64,000 nucleotides of DNA from Convolutriloba macropyga (lineage: Eukaryota). The translations under genes were made by a program, and so were the position numbers. Under the pieces are notes generated by a model. That model was not told where the DNA came from and made no database searches. It saw only the letters and a program-made list of their open reading frames with translations. Below, in pieces: positions 1 through 14,769 of the stretch (positions within the stretch are counted from its first letter, which is position 1; the number at the start of each line of letters is the position of its first letter). Location of the stretch: contig NC_134473.1 of the NCBI RefSeq assembly GCF_964194025.1, positions 62,434,001 through 62,498,000 of the forward strand, written 5' to 3'.

Positions 1-479
1 GAATAAAAACGCTGCGGGATAGGTAAAATGAAGGTAGAGTAGAGGGAGCGGCCCAAGATTGTCCTTCTCCGTTGAACCGTATACCCAGGAACTTATATAG
101 CTCTAAGAGAGCTGCTGCACAGAGATGTAATGGTCTCGGGCTTTGACAGTTTATCAGGTTTTTGAAAGAAGAAAAAGTTTAACTTAAATAGCTCAAGCGA
201 GCGAACGAATGTCCGAGACTGTTCTAGCTAAAAAGTCAAAACGTTCGAGCGAAATTTGCGTAAAAAATAAAAGCAACTGGTTCAATACCGGAAAGAGCTC
301 CAAAAGTCGAGCTACATAAACTCGTAAAAACCTTACTTAAATCAAAAGTATCAATGAAAAATAGCATAAAAAACCAGAAATTGATTAACCTAAAACTATA
401 AATATGAACCAAAACTATAAACCAAATGTCGGTCGAACTGCTCCCAAATCGTCCGCGAGCGGTTATATTTGACAGAAGC

Positions 480-700
480 CGCTTGAGCTGAGGGAGGCTA
501 GCATTAGGAGCGTGCATTTGGGTGGTGAGAGTTGAAGCAGGAGTGTGGGTGGGGGTTAAGCGGGAGAGGGGCAGGGTTGTGGCGAGAGTGGAGGGGGAGC
601 TGAGTGCGGTCTCCAGGTGCACGGGTCGAGCAATCGGGGTTAGAGGACCAAGGAGGCATAGTGCGGAGGGATAGAGGAGGGGGCCCAAACACACCAAAAA
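480..700 (-). mobile_element. Possible APE endonuclease relic of a LINE (strongly G-rich on +)
   Basis: Minus frame CFNSHHP resembles the APE motif GDFNxHH. Composition differs sharply from the flanks. Confidence 0.35.
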
Positions 701-3229
701 CCGCAGTTTACACTATAATATGTCTTCTCAGAAGCTTTGATGAATTGAGACTAACTGCGCTCTAAGAAAGGTGCTCATTGAGTAAATGGCCGCGGTGCTT
801 TACCTATTTACTCTGTTTTTGAGGAAACAATTAAAATCCTCAGACGAAAAATCGATCAAGCAAAAATACAAATTAAAGAGACCACAGGACCAATAAAATG
901 GCTACAAACTGTTTGAGAGCAATTACAAAGTGTCTTTAAAAATGTAGAGCAAATTGTTAGTTTGAAGGTGTGGAGGTTGGGGAAGCAGGTGGGGTGTCTG
1001 TAGATCGACTAGGGAGGAAGGACTGTTACGGAATCAAAACTTCTCAAAACGACCTTTTGACCTTGAATATAACCAGCAGTTCATTATTAATATGCATTAG
1101 AAACTAAGCATGCTGCTGTTAATGTCCAATGTTCAAAACCAGAAGTCAATCTTTGAAAAGAAGGAAGCCAAGTTCAAAGTCATGAGCAAACTGTCATGAA
1201 AAACCTGCAGAATACCAATTCTCCTTTTCGAGTCGCAAAGAGACACAGTTACAAGTAATTGCTTCAAACTTCCTAGCCACAATTAATAAAGATCCCAAAG
1301 CCTTGTTAAGATAAATATACAAATTTTTAGAAATTTACCCGTTTGAATTAAGGAGCCCCGGAAAAACTGAGTTTAGAATTCAATTAAGTCACCTAAAAAT
1401 GAAGAATTTCAAAAGAAAAAGTTCACTTTGGGCCTTCCGGAGATCGACCAAAAGTGGGTATTACAAAAAATCCAATAAGCACGAGTAGAACTAATATAAT
1501 TGCTACAAACTTTGTTTGAGATCTATTAAAGGGTCAGATTTGAGCTCAATACTGAGAGCAAATGATTTCAAAAGTAATTGAATATGAAAAAGCATGGCTT
1601 CTGAAAACGGCATTCAATAAACGCAGGGTATGAACAAAAATGTGTGATCAGTGCAATTGTTATCTTGTTCACTTTGACCAGTAGATCTAACACGGCCTGA
1701 ACACGATGTTTTCTCCGGCAAAAAATCCTGGTAGAAAATCATACTCCTCTTCGATTAATAAAATCTTTACAAAACCATTAATACTGAGTATCTACAAGAC
1801 ACACGACTACAATAATTGCTCCAAACTTCGTTCTAGAGCAATTGAATACCTTAGCGATCTTCCAGAAGTCACTAAAATGCTTAAACTCACGAATTGTGAG
1901 AAGAGCAATGCTAAAATCAGGAATATCAGCAATGCTAATAAAACGTTTTGTTTCAACGCCATACATGATTGGTCTAATCATTAACGAAGCCAACTTTGAA
2001 ACTAAAATTCAAAATAAAATTCTTTTAAAAAATATTCTTTCCCAATAAAAATTATTAAAATTATTTTAAAAAAATATTCCCAATTATTTTAAAATATTCT
2101 TTCCCAATATATCGAAAAGCTTATAGTTCAAAACATCAAAACATTCAATTCTCCACAACTTCAAACAGTTAAAGAGGTTACAGAATCCTATAAATTCATA
2201 AACATGAACTTAACAGGAACACAAAATTTGGCAGAAAAGAATTTAATCAAATGGAAACAATGCAAAATTATGTCACGTTTACATGCCTTCAAAGCCTCCA
2301 TGTACAAGAGAAGTAGTAAAAAGCATGTAATAAAGTATAAAATTCAAGAATATTTGTGAAATAATTTGAGTAGCAAAGACGGAAACAACCATTGGAATAT
2401 CAAAAGGCGAATCAATGTTGCTCTATTTTGATCAACATCAGCAAAATCACAGAGTTGAGTATTACCTCAGCCGTAGACTAAATAGTTCTGATACAATCTC
2501 GCAACGTAACAGCTATAAATAGCAGGAGTAAGTTATGTAGAGAAAATTGTCATTAATTACTTTATTGAGGAGTAAAACTTTGTAAAAAAATTCGTGCATT
2601 AAAACATGGTATTGTAACCCACACAATATTTAAACTTCGAAAAATGCTCAAATACAGTTTTCAAAATGACGACGCTTTCCTCTCAGACTATTTGTTTCAT
2701 GACCACTGCTCTATGTCAGCGCTTCAATTTTTCACCATCGGAAAAAATTAATTCTTTATTTGTAGTTGAACACTTTGTTATTGAAAAAAAATAAGTGAAA
2801 TAGAAGCATAAGTTTTCTATAAGTGAAGTGTAATACAATTTTTTGGATAGTAATGAAATCCAAAATTTGAACGTCCGCAAAACAGTGCAACAAACAAATC
2901 CAGTTTGTAGTGATTATACAATCATTTCTTCAAAGTTTTTCGCGCAACTCAAATTTAGTGCAAATGATATTATCATGTCTCTTCATGAGAAAATCCAATT
3001 GATCGAAATCTGCAGTGTGGATCTATAAATATATACCAAGTACTTTGCAAAAAAAATTATTATTTTTGAACTATATGTATCTTGTTCAAAACAACAACCG
3101 ATAACTCAACTTCGTACTTGGACAAATAACCTATTTAAAAATTAAAACGTAATAAAATTTCACTCTAGAACGATGTTATCATAATAATGACTGATTTAAA
3201 CGCCACAAACGAGTAGCGAAATTACTCAC

Positions 3230-3435
3230 CTTGACCAGTGTTTTAACTCCATATTTGCCTGCACTTAATCCAAGCTTCATATCTTCAGCGAGAGAATATG
3301 ACACAAAAGAAGCCCTCATCAAATCTCGCGGAGTACACGTTGAAGAGAACGCAACTCTTATTTTAGATACTGGATGAGTTATAGAAGATTGCATTTCTCC
3401 CAGGCTGTACATGACTTTTCCATCTGATGATAGCA
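3230..3435 (-). CDS. RUSF1: RUSF1-like exon 6
   Basis: Acceptor gttccgtttcag|, open frame LSSDGKVMYSL...IRVAFSSTCTPRDLMRASFVSY..., donor AAG|GTGAGT. 206 bp, phase 1 to 0, compatible with exon 5. The gene continues but the terminal exon was not identified. Confidence 0.75.
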
Positions 3436-6400
3436 CTGAAACGGAACAATTATCTCAAAATATTTAAAAGAACATCACACACCCGAATCTTTTCCATTGT
3501 AGTCATCTCTCAATGGTTTTCATATTATAGCAGGCAGAGAGCCAAAATAGCTGCGAAACATACTTACTTGATTTAGAATATAGATAGCAACAAAAACATA
3601 CCCGGCAGATTGCCGGAAAATAGCCGCCGTTGATTCCAATAAGCATGATTGGGATTGAACAAACAGAATATATTGAAAAAAAAAGATTTTTGTACAAAAA
3701 TATTTTTTAAGTCCGATTTATTTTGATGGCACTTCGTAGTTGAACATAACGTACTTCTGTTTCTCAGAGAGAGGCTACAGGGGCTACTATCAACACCAAT
3801 AAGCATTAGAGGTGGTAACTAAGACTTATAGGAACGACGTTCAAATAGCGGGCATCTAAAATTGGGCTTCATGGGTTTATCCCGTTTCTATTTCTGACTT
3901 CAATTTTTTATACCGACTCTGTTCATTTCGAATTGCTTTGATTAGCAACTGATGTTCAAATTCACTTTTAGCAGAATGAGAGAAGAGAGAAACTAGCCTA
4001 GAGAAGTCAAAAAGATTTCACGCAAAATGTCGAAAAAGCGGCAAAATGGTAAAGCGAAAAAAAGTTTGACGAAGTAAAAAAAAAAACATTGCCGGAAGAA
4101 TTCCGGAAGCGACTCGAAGCGTAAGAACTTGACAAAAAAACCCTAATTGCAGCTGAATCCATTACCTTATGTATTAAACCATGAACTCATTACCACCCCC
4201 CCCCCCCCCCCCGGTCTGATTTAAATTTGGTGAAATTTAAACCACTGTCAATAAGAGAAACAAAATGCAGCAAAAATATTTATCAATGAAAACCTTCGGT
4301 AACGTTAAGTGCAAAATAATTAGGATATTCAAAACACTGATAGGCTGAAAAAGCTGACAGGGCTATCAATTGCCCTCAAATAATTCATGATTCTAGTCTC
4401 AAAAAGATCGCGAAAGCAAACGGCAGATAATAATAACTACTTAGAAACTTCAAAAAAAATGCTCGAAGTTAAGAATCAGAAAACAACTACAGTTAGATTT
4501 CTAATCACTGCAAATAAGACAAAAACAACATATATTTCTTTCTTCTTATATATATGCTGTTGTATATGGCAACATGATTTCATACTAATTCAAAAATAAA
4601 ATTATAGAATAGAAATAAGCAACAGAATAATATTCAAAGGCAAAAAATTATTTAAGAACAATACCAAGGCCGGAAAAAATCACAATAAAAAGTAACAGAT
4701 GGACCTTCTGGAAAAAGCTCTCTAGCAAACTCTCAGTACTACCTTATGTTGAATGAAATCAATTGCAAACCAAAGAAATGACAAAAATCTAAGAAAAAAC
4801 TGAAATCATTCAATTTTCTAATAACAGAAAAAATCAATACAACCACTATAAATGTAGGTCCCAGGACAAAACTAGAATGATACTAGCTAGAATGTGAACA
4901 ATATGGACACAATGTAAGGAACACCGTAACAGAGACTATTTCTCGATTTTTAAAAGTTAAAAATCAAATGAAAAAAAAAAAACAAGAAAAACGAACACAT
5001 TTCAGTTTTCAACATTCGAGACATAGAAAAGACAATGAGTCATCTGAGAAAACATCCATCCTCCTGAACAGAACAAAAAGTAAAAGCAGAAATCAAACAT
5101 ACGAGACATTGAAACACTTTCCAAAAAAAACGGTCAAAACATTTTTAAGACTGCATTCATAAAATAAACTTGAACTGTTTTTCAAAAATTTAACGCTAAA
5201 AAAACGATAGAAGTTTTTTTTGAACAAAATTAAAACCCCTCATGTTGTATTTCTAGTAATTAAAGCCAAAATACAGACAAAAAAAACTGAGAAAAATTGG
5301 AAAAAATTACCAAAATCGGATCAGCATATATACAATTTTATACAACAAAATTACATCGAGGTAGAAAGAGGCGTTCAGTATATGAATTATCAACGGGACC
5401 TTGCCACATTAACTGATTCTTGACAAAAAGACGTCTAAAAGATCCAAAAATGAATAAATTAATAGGAAAAAAGCCAAAAATTAATTAGAAAATCAAGAAA
5501 TATGTGCCAATTTTGAACTTGAAACGCGTTTCCAGGCACTACAAAACACTGTGGTATTAATTTCCAAGGTTTACATTTCATTATAGCATCGAATAAAAAT
5601 CATTTTTACTAAAAACCAAATTACAAGCAAAAAAAAAGGCCACTTAAACGAAAAACGGCTAAAAACGGTTATCTATATGCGTCATTCAGTCAAAAACTAC
5701 TTTTCAAAGTCAAAAAGTCATTCACTAAACGCAGCGCGTGATCAAAAAACCTCTCTCGCTTAGAAAAAATTTGTTCACACGGCAATTTTTCTCACTTTCG
5801 CTTTTAGGTCAAAACAGCGTCTGAACAAATAGTACTTCCGGTAAAAAAAAAACCTTAAGAAAACCAATACTCCTCTTCGAGTCGTAAAAATACGAGCGCA
5901 ATAATAGCCGGCTGAGAAGATGAGGGCGGCTATTAAACAGAATTATGTTCATGCAGCTGCCAACTTTTTAAAGACTAAAACGTTTTCAAACGTAAAAGTT
6001 CGTTCAAATAAAAATTAAATTCATTATCTTATTTTGGTCGTAATGCTTTATTATTAACATTGCTCACTATGTATCAGTTCTATACTGAGTTTGAAGTGTG
6101 TTACATTGATCTCAAATTACCTTAATAAAATTATAAGTCCTTTACAGAGCAAGTAAGTCAGTCATGATCAAAAAATAATCACACAGTTCAGTTTAAAACT
6201 CACAATCAATTAGTTCAAAAAATGACGTCACACAAACAAAAGTAGCAAAAGAGCAGCGAAAGAGCGTCATGAAAAGATCAACAAAGCTGCTCTTTTATAT
6301 TTTGCTTCGTGAAAAAGAAAGTAGGGCCAGTGCAGGACGAAAGAGGGTACAACGTGGTGGGGGTTTTCAATTTGTCACAATCGTTCAGTAGTTCTTTTCT

Positions 6401-8838
6401 CTTTCTTGAAGTAAACAAATGCCTCTGTTGCGAACAAGCAAGATCGCGTAAATTGCTCAGGTCAAATATAAATTAGAATTTCAATGAAATCAGATACTTA
6501 AAACAACAGGGCACGGTAAAAGCAACATTCCGCATCAGACTTTAATTTAAAAACGCACGTACAAGTTTTAAAATGCCCAAAATCACCAATGTCCGAAGTT
6601 AAAATGACAAAGTTCCAATAGTTTCGGCCAGCAATTTTTGATTCGAAATTGAATGAACAGCCGTTAAATACAACTCCGCTATATGAACACATTTAGACTG
6701 TCAGTTTGAGACATCTCATTCAATGAATGAACCATTTTCAAATCCATGTTTTTCAACAATTTGTCTCCCTACCAATTCTAAGTCCTCATCGTCCTCATTA
6801 ATATCCTCGGGGAAATTGTCATACACACGGGCTGCTTTAGTTGGTCGTGAGGATTTAGATTGATAGCTTTTCGCACTTGCCCGATCTTTGATATTCATGA
6901 ACGTCAAGACCGCTAAGATGTGCGGCTAAGATCTATGACCGCTAAGATCTATGACATACGCTGTTATAGTTCGAACTTCCTGAATTAATTAAGATCTGAC
7001 CCTTTTTTCACTTGAATCCATCTTTTCCAGAGCTTCTGCAACCACAGAATTTTGCACAGATATAGACAAATTTTCCTCTAAAAAGCCTTGAAAAGCCAAA
7101 AGTGAATATCCTTTAAATAAACTAAAAACTTTTTTCGACGCTTGAATGCTCATATCACTTCCACAGAATTTCCGTCAGAACTTGCACAAAGTGTGTTTTA
7201 AATTGGTGACGTGACACTGCAGATGTCTGTTGGAAATTAGCTCAACATCTCGAAAGCGTAGCTCAACATCTCAAATACGCCAGAACTTCTCAGTTACATA
7301 ACATATAAACATTCCAGAATGCCGGAAAAAAGCCGCCGTTGAGGCACTTGATTCACATCGGGATTGAAACAGAAAAAGAAGAAGAGACAGAAAATGACCA
7401 TTTTTTTCTGTCTTTTTTCAGTGACAAAAAGTGTTCTAACTTGGCGTGCCCTTTCAGTTAGATTCTAAAACTATACTTAATTTAGCTTCTAAACTGAAAC
7501 CTAATAAGCTTAATACCACTGTCAGCTGGCAAACACTCTAATGAAATTTGATAACCTAATGCTCGATGACCTAATGACCGGGGTTTAAAGGTTTATCCCG
7601 TTTCATTTGATTTTGCTCTTTAAACTTTGACAGTATTCACCACAATGCGTAATTCAATGCGTGAATGAATTAAAGATCCAATCAGTTGAAACAGTGAGTG
7701 AGGTAAGTCACAAGTCACGCGTAATAATCGTGACTTATGTAAAACGAAAAACGTGATCAAAAAAGCGAATTTTTAAAAAACATAGCAGGACAAGTCCTGA
7801 TGTACGATTCAAAGAACTTTCATTGACTAAACAAAAACTAGACCTAGAACGGACTATGAGTAAATTGGGAAAACCATTTCCAAAAAAATCAGATAAAAAA
7901 GTTTTTTAAAAAAATGAAAATCAATGTCAAAAAGCCACACGTGAACAATACCACTAGCGAGAAAGAGAAATTTGTTTAAAAAAACTAGGATGAACTATGA
8001 GTGGATTGGAAAACCATTGAGACACAAAATCCCACCCAACGTGAAATTGCCGCATGTGAACAAAAAATCACTAGCGAGAAAGCGAATTTTTGTACAAACA
8101 CCGTTTTCTCACTCTACTTTAAAATTAGATTGAAGAAATTTAACGCCGCAAAATCACTCGCTTTTTCGCTCCACTTCCTGTTTCGGCGTCACCAAATCAT
8201 CAATCCAATTTGACTTCAAAAATCATGAATATGCGAGAACAGATCTAAAAAAACAGCACCCCAATACAATTCAAATTCGTGGAATTGTAAAAAAGGAGAG
8301 CGCCTAAATAATAACCGTTGAGAGGCTGACGGCGGCTATTAATTAACTTTCTAAGTCAAACGACTAGCCTCCAACTAATTCTTTCAAACGGTGCCGGTTG
8401 GCTCAAGCTAATGGAGGTCACATTTACTGAGTAAGAAGGGGAAGAAATTGCCCATCACATGATAAATTTGGTGGCGGTCAAGCAAGCCGATAGGCAAGTA
8501 AGCCGAATTTTGAAAAAGAGGTCAAGTAAGCCGAAATTTTTCGAGAGCCGTAATATAGACTGCTATTTAGATTACTCGATAATCAAAAACAGAACGACTT
8601 AAAAGTCGATCAGAATGTCTAAAAAACGGTTCAGCCAAATTAATTTCGGTTAAAGAAAAGATACAGACATGACTACTAAAACTGCATCAAACTTTGTTGA
8701 AGAGCAGTTAATCATTATCGGCGCAAAAACACCTATTTCGTTCACACAGGCTCATGAAAGCAAAAAAGTTTAAAAAGTTATTCAAGGAGGGAGGGGAAAG
8801 AAACAGTTCCTTTATCACTACATGCTCAGTATCATTAC

Positions 8839-9110
8839 CTATTTGAGATGACAGTTCATTAATTTCAACTCCAATAAACAGGTGCCGAATGTAAGTTAGG
8901 TTCCAAAAGAAAACGTCTTCTTTCAAGTTCACAGCAGAAATGCTCATCGAATCGGATTTGAATATGTCATAATTTTGGCGAAACTGACTGACTAGCAGCT
9001 GAAATCTGGCTGGATTGAGCGTGTCCATAGTAACACACTTCACTGCACGATAATTGCAACACAAATGGCAGATAGTGGCGACAAGGAACAGAGTCCACAC
9101 AAAAGTCTGT
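8839..9110 (-). CDS. RUSF1: RUSF1-like exon 5
   Basis: Acceptor tttgctttag|, QTFVWTLFLVATICHLCCNYRAVKCVTMDTLNPARF (family motif HLxxNYRAVxxxxxxTLNxxR), donor ATAG|GTAATG. 272 bp, phase 2 to 1. Confidence 0.9.
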
Positions 9111-9820
9111 CTAAAGCAAAAAGTCTATGATTAACTCAGTTCTGACATTCCCTATGTCAAATGGCACTTTAAGAAACAAAATTATTCAATTCAACCAGTT
9201 TGGATATATGAAAAAAAATTATTTAAACCCATAAACTTGATTATATAGATCATCAGCTAGCTGTTTAAAACCGTTAGTCCTTGAAGCTATGCAATAATTT
9301 GACGCCTTAGCTTTTGCTGACATTTTTTGCTGACAGATCGTAAAATCTCTATTAAAAAATGCACATGTAGAAAAGGGACACTTTGGAAACTCTTGTGTAG
9401 GAAAAAACTGGTAAGGAATAATGGTAAGACTAGTAATTATTTTAACCCCCGTAATTGGAAAACAGACGTCTGCTACTGAATCTTAACTTTATCTTAACTT
9501 CTTAACTTTATGCAGTCATTTATTACAGAATTTATCCCAGAAAGATCTCAGCCGGAGAAATCAAACGGAATATTACCCTCGTTATATTCCTCAGTAAAAG
9601 TATTTGGTGTAGTTTTAGCTTTGCATATAAGGGAAAATTTTCCTCGCCTCTGTACACGTTGATAAACGATTGTTGATACTTAATAACTTCATAATCGTAA
9701 TTAACCCCACTCTAATTAGGTTTTGCAAAGACATCAGTGAATAAACAGGCATTCAATTAAATCAGCTTATGAAAGCATTAATTCCGAGGGAGGGTAACCA
9801 ATTTTGGAGAGGATGCTAAC

Positions 9821-9946
9821 CCAAAAACGTCCACCATACTTGTGACAATGAACCCCAACAGAAGTCCCATCAAGTTCACCAGTTGTTCTTGGCTGTTATC
9901 TTTGGCACATACATCAGCCATGTTGTTCTCACGTGCCTGGTGTACT
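9821..9946 (-). CDS. RUSF1: RUSF1-like exon 4
   Basis: Acceptor ttttatgccag|, VHQARENNMADVCAKDNSQEQLVNLMGLLLG (family motif NxADVxAKDxSQE), donor GG|GTTAGC. 126 bp, phase 2 to 2. Confidence 0.93.
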
Positions 9947-12900
9947 CTGGCATAAAACCACAAATGGTGTATCAAATATGCCCCTCCATCTAACTACAGA
10001 TACCCCGCTTGATACTGCTCAAAGATTTAAAAAGGTTTTTGCGTCGTTATAATAGTATTGTTAAAGTGACCGAATCGAGCTCAAAAAAATTACCCAAAGT
10101 CCAGTTTAAAAAGAAAATTTTCAGTTCTTTCCACTAATTTCAAAACATCTTAATTCCTCTATTAAGGTAATTTTTCAAATAGCCGGCAGATTGCCGGAAA
10201 ATAGCCCCAATAGGCCTCCCTTGGAATTGAAAAAGCCAACAATAAAAATAGTAAATTGACCACCTATTGTTTTCTAGAATTATAATTGTTAGATTCGGAG
10301 TGTAATTGTTAAATGATAAATGAAGCAAAAAAGTTCTAGAAACAGATCTGCTTAAACCAGATGACCGCAATGAAAACTTCGACAACATTTATCCTCAAGA
10401 ATTAGAGCCCTTAAGTTTGCGGCAATGTTTTCTATTCTATTGATTTTCGATTAGAAAAAAACGTTGAAACTTAACCTGATTAAGTTACTGCACAAGTCCT
10501 TATTTTGAGGTAAGTCGAAAACTTATCAAACAATAGGCGTAAAAACTGACGCAAAAGAGTAAAACAAATGCTGTCACGCACACAAATTCAACTGCAAGAA
10601 TAATCGATGGGACTACCAAATTCAATTCTTTGGATTGTATTTAGGGACTTGTCCTACAATGTTTTCTATTTTATCGTAGCTTTTTTTAGTACCAGCGTAT
10701 CGAATATCAAGTTTTCAAAGTTTAACAAAGCGCGAACGCGCGAGCAGAAAAGTTGGCATCTAAAAGACATCTTGCTTGACATATAAGAGATAGGTAAAAA
10801 CATAAAAAGCTAAAAACTTAAAAATTCTTCGCAAAACTCTGAAGATTTTGAAAACGCTGATCCTTCTTGTTTATCAAATCTTCAGAACTAATATTCCAAA
10901 GCCAAAATTGGTGCAAGAACCCGGTTTCAAGTGGTTTACCTGACAATTTGAACTCAAAAAACGAAAAAGAAATTAACGTTACTGCTGATAATTTTTTGAC
11001 AATTAAGACTTCAAAACCAATTCATTTAGCAGCAATCACAAAAACAACTTTAGGTTTAGCAGAAAACTGGCTGAAATTATAACAGCCAAACAGGAAAAAA
11101 CGAAATGTTAAAAATTAGAAAAAGTTAATACAAAGATTCTAGCTAATATCCAGCACACAAAAACTATAAAAGTTTTATTGGACCCTAACATCTGAAAACC
11201 CCAAAGACTTAACAGACAAAAATTTTCAAGAAACTTGAAAAATTTGCAAAACTTCTTGCTGTTTTTGGGGTAAAGTAGGTATCTCGAAAAACAGATGCAA
11301 AGAATATTGCTTGTGCAAGACCTCAATGGGCTGGGACCAACATCCATGGAAGATCCATTTAACGAAAACTACAAAAAAAAAACAAAAAAAGCAAGCAACA
11401 TTGCGGTCTCAAAATATCAAAAATTTACCTTTCAACTGGAATTTAGGCCCTCCAGCATCTTCAGGACTCTAACCAATTGAAAGACTGCTAAAGTCAGCTT
11501 AGGGACTGGTTTTGAAAGAAGTAGGAAAAACGCGTGACCATATCATAAAAAAAGAGCACGAATATAATCTAAATTCTTTTGATTGTAAACAACTAAGATG
11601 AGATCAATAATATTTTGCTATCACTTCACAGCTATTAATATAAACTAGTACTATAAAAGCACTAATTTTACGGATCTTCAGAATTTAATAAAAACTAGGC
11701 TGGAAAAGCGCATTTTAATAAATTGAAGAAGTATAAAAGGTGTACAGAAGTTGATTTTTGTGCTGCTTTTTATTGCTTCGCTCTTCCATTAGGAACTTTA
11801 AGCGCTCCTGGCTTCTTGCTACGCCAATTTAGGCCGATCGATATTTTTGCAGGACAAGAAATGTACTACTGAAAACCTCTTGAAATACTCATCAGATCTT
11901 TTTAAAAATTCAAATTTGAATTTCTGTAAAACAAATTCAGGCTTGAGCTGTTCTAAATGTTTAAATCTTATGACCTTTTAATGCCGCTTGTATAAGTCGT
12001 TTTCAAAAACCAGCTTCAAAAAATATATAGAGACAAATCATAAGCGTCCGTGAATTTCAGGCGATAATTTCGCGGCCCTATTAATTAAATAGCCGGCTTC
12101 TCAGAAGCAGTTGTAATCATTTTAAATAGCCGGGAAAATGATTAAAACTGCTTCTCAGAAGGCTACAAAAAAGTTGCCCAAATGGGTTCTGCATTCTTGC
12201 TCCTGGTATACGAGGAACAACTCTTTGTTCGACCATCACCCAATTTTAGAAAAAATGATTTCAATTGTGACTTTTTTCAAATCTTTCTTCACCAATTTTT
12301 TGTTTTCATTTATTAGGAAAAGCTCTTTTGTTCAAAGGGTTGAAACATTATGTTGAAACGAATATTAACAATTCGCCGTCTTTTGTTTTAAAAATGAATG
12401 TGAAATAGGGTAACGTTTCAAAGAATTATTTTGTTGCAACGAGTAAAAACGTTGTTAAAAGTGACGAATCACAAATGTAGGACAATTAGCGCGATGCGTC
12501 ACATTAACATAACAGTTATTTTGATTAATGATTTATAGATAACATTGTTTGAATATCAAAGCATCGAAGTGATCATTGCTAACTGATTCACAGACTACAC
12601 AAACGTTTGAAGTGTTAATTTAAATAATTTGCATCACACGGCGAACCAACATCTCATTTTCACAACTGTGGGCGAAATTTGTCACCCTATTCAATAACAA
12701 TATGCTAATCGAGGGTAACAAGTAATTATGAGCTAATTTAGCATCGAATCATTGATTTTTGTTGAATCATGCATCTCCCCAAACGTGCACAAGCATGGCG
12801 GTCGCCATGATAAACGTAATCATCAACCCAAAATTAAGAAATATGCCCCAATCAAGAGGTGGCACCTTATTAGCCGATTCGAAAACCAGCCAAATTAAAA

Positions 12901-13859
12901 ATAAAATTGTCCAGAAAGCCAAAAATTTCTGTCTAGTTCTGAAAGGGCATTGGCTGTCCGGAAAGGTCTTTCCCTTAAATAATCGACCTTACACGTTACA
13001 CCCGAAAGCGAATAAAAGTCATGACCATAAACCGTGGCAAGCTGAAGCTAGCACTTACTAGGTGCCTGAATACATCACGTTATTTTAATTGGTGAAAGTG
13101 AATATATCAAATCAATATTACCAATTAAAATACCAGGTTATTACATTTAAGATTGATTATTTCCGAATGGTTACATAATAGTTACACAACTTTAGACTAG
13201 CTTTCATGTCGACTTGCTTTAATTTCGACCTGCTCGGCTTTTCCTCTCACAGGTCACATTTTACTCGATTAGATTAAATTTGAGTTTACGTAAGTTCATA
13301 AAAGGTAATTAGAGTAAACGAAACTCGGCATAAAATTTCCCTCGAAACTTAGGCATAAAATGCATACAGTTACCGCCCAAAACTGTACCAAATGTCATTT
13401 GAAGGTTTATTGTGCTTGATTTTTAATTAGACATTTTTGAAAGATCTTAGCAAAAACTTTGTAGTACATTTCTTGAATCTATAATTTCTGGAATCATTTC
13501 CTTTTGTGCCTCTCCACTCCCAATTGAATGCACATTATTTGCAAGCCCCAAGCGCATTAGCTATATTATCACAATGATTTGCTATGCAAATGATACATAC
13601 AAACTCGAGGGCCCGTAACGCACGTGGGGGGACTAATTTTTACTTGATTGCAAAAAAAAAACAGAGGAAGGCTGTTGGTTCATAAATTGAAGACTGGTCT
13701 CGTAAACTCAATAACCAAGTAAAACAGAGCTTCAAGGCTCCAACTTAGGGGACTGCTTCAGAGACGCCTTAACATACTTAGGCTCCTTCTAAGCCGAAAA
13801 AACAGCTTCTAGTTGCTACTACACCTGTTTTCAGGAATTCAAACAACTTGCTATAGTTA

Positions 13860-14050
13860 TTATAGAATATTTTAGGATTCAAATGAATTTGTAAGCTATT
13901 GTTCCTGAAGATGAAATCTTAAGAATAGAAAAGAATTTGTTATTTATTGTCCTTGAAGATAAAATTTTTAAGATTGGAAACAAATAGTTTGTTATTGTTC
14001 TTGAAGATAATATTTTTAGGATTGAAAAACGATTTGTTTGTTATTGTTGT
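13860..14050. repeat. ~39-bp degenerate minisatellite next to the RUSF1 exon 3 donor
   Basis: Repeated ttattgttcttgaagataa.atttttaggatt units. Confidence 0.75.
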
Positions 14051-14066
14051 GAAATAACTCAAGTAC

Positions 14067-14294
14067 CTCAAAGCAGCGCGAGTTGTCTCCCCAGCAACTC
14101 CAACAAGAGCAAAGAAGAGGCTAGAGAGACAGGATAGAAGTACGAAGAGGGTAGGGGTGAAGAGGGGGGACACAATGGCTAGGGTGAGAGATATGTCATT
14201 GAGAATGTCTGCAAATAGCCTCCACTGTTTGCAGTGTGCATCTAACGAACTGCTCTGGTAGTAGGCAAACACTATTGAGCCGATCATTCCTGAG
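14067..14294 (-). CDS. RUSF1: RUSF1-like exon 3
   Basis: Acceptor ttcag|, SGMIGSIVFAYYQSSSLDAHCKQWRLFADILND...VGVAGETTRAAL (KQWRLFADILND is the DUF647 hallmark), donor AG|GTACTT. 228 bp, phase 2 to 2. Confidence 0.93.
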
Positions 14295-14769
14295 CTGAAG
14301 CATAATTCATACACTAAACCAAAACACGTTATTAGTAATATCAGTACGGTTAGTTTTAGTTATGAATTATTTACGGCTGAATTTCATAAGAAAATGGAAC
14401 ACTGTTTGCACATTTAAAATTCAATTTGCTTTGTAAATGATGAAGATTATTCAACATCATAATTGTATAATATCTAATAAATTCTGATAAAATTCCGCCC
14501 GGTAAAATTTCTTCTTTCGCGAGCACTTCGCATTGATAATTAATCGTATATTTATTATCCAGCAATTATCAACGCAAAATGCTTTGGCTTGTTCGCATAC
14601 TGGCGAAAAAATACCTGAAGAATAAACTTGATTCATGTACTGCACATTTCTATCGGGCTTCGCAAATTTTGCAAGAGACTAGCTTTAGAAATAAATAAAT
14701 ACTACTTTCAAACGGTTGTGTAAACATGACCATACAATGTAGTCATGTTGTTGGCTGAAACATTTATCA

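Noticed and set aside
1080-1205. Possible RUSF1 terminal exon after ctgcag|
   Set aside because: The phase-0 frame stops after 23 codons without the expected C-terminal motif, and the other frames contain early stops.
2466-2512. Possible 47-bp RUSF1 exon (tttatag|...AG|GTAAT)
   Set aside because: Splice signals are plausible but the peptide has no recognisable family similarity, and no compatible following exon was found.
6300-7080. Coding-like minus-strand stretch (acidic EDINEDDEDLE) as an extra RUSF1 exon
   Set aside because: Multiple stops, and exons 5 and 6 already join in phase. Likely an unclassified transposon remnant.
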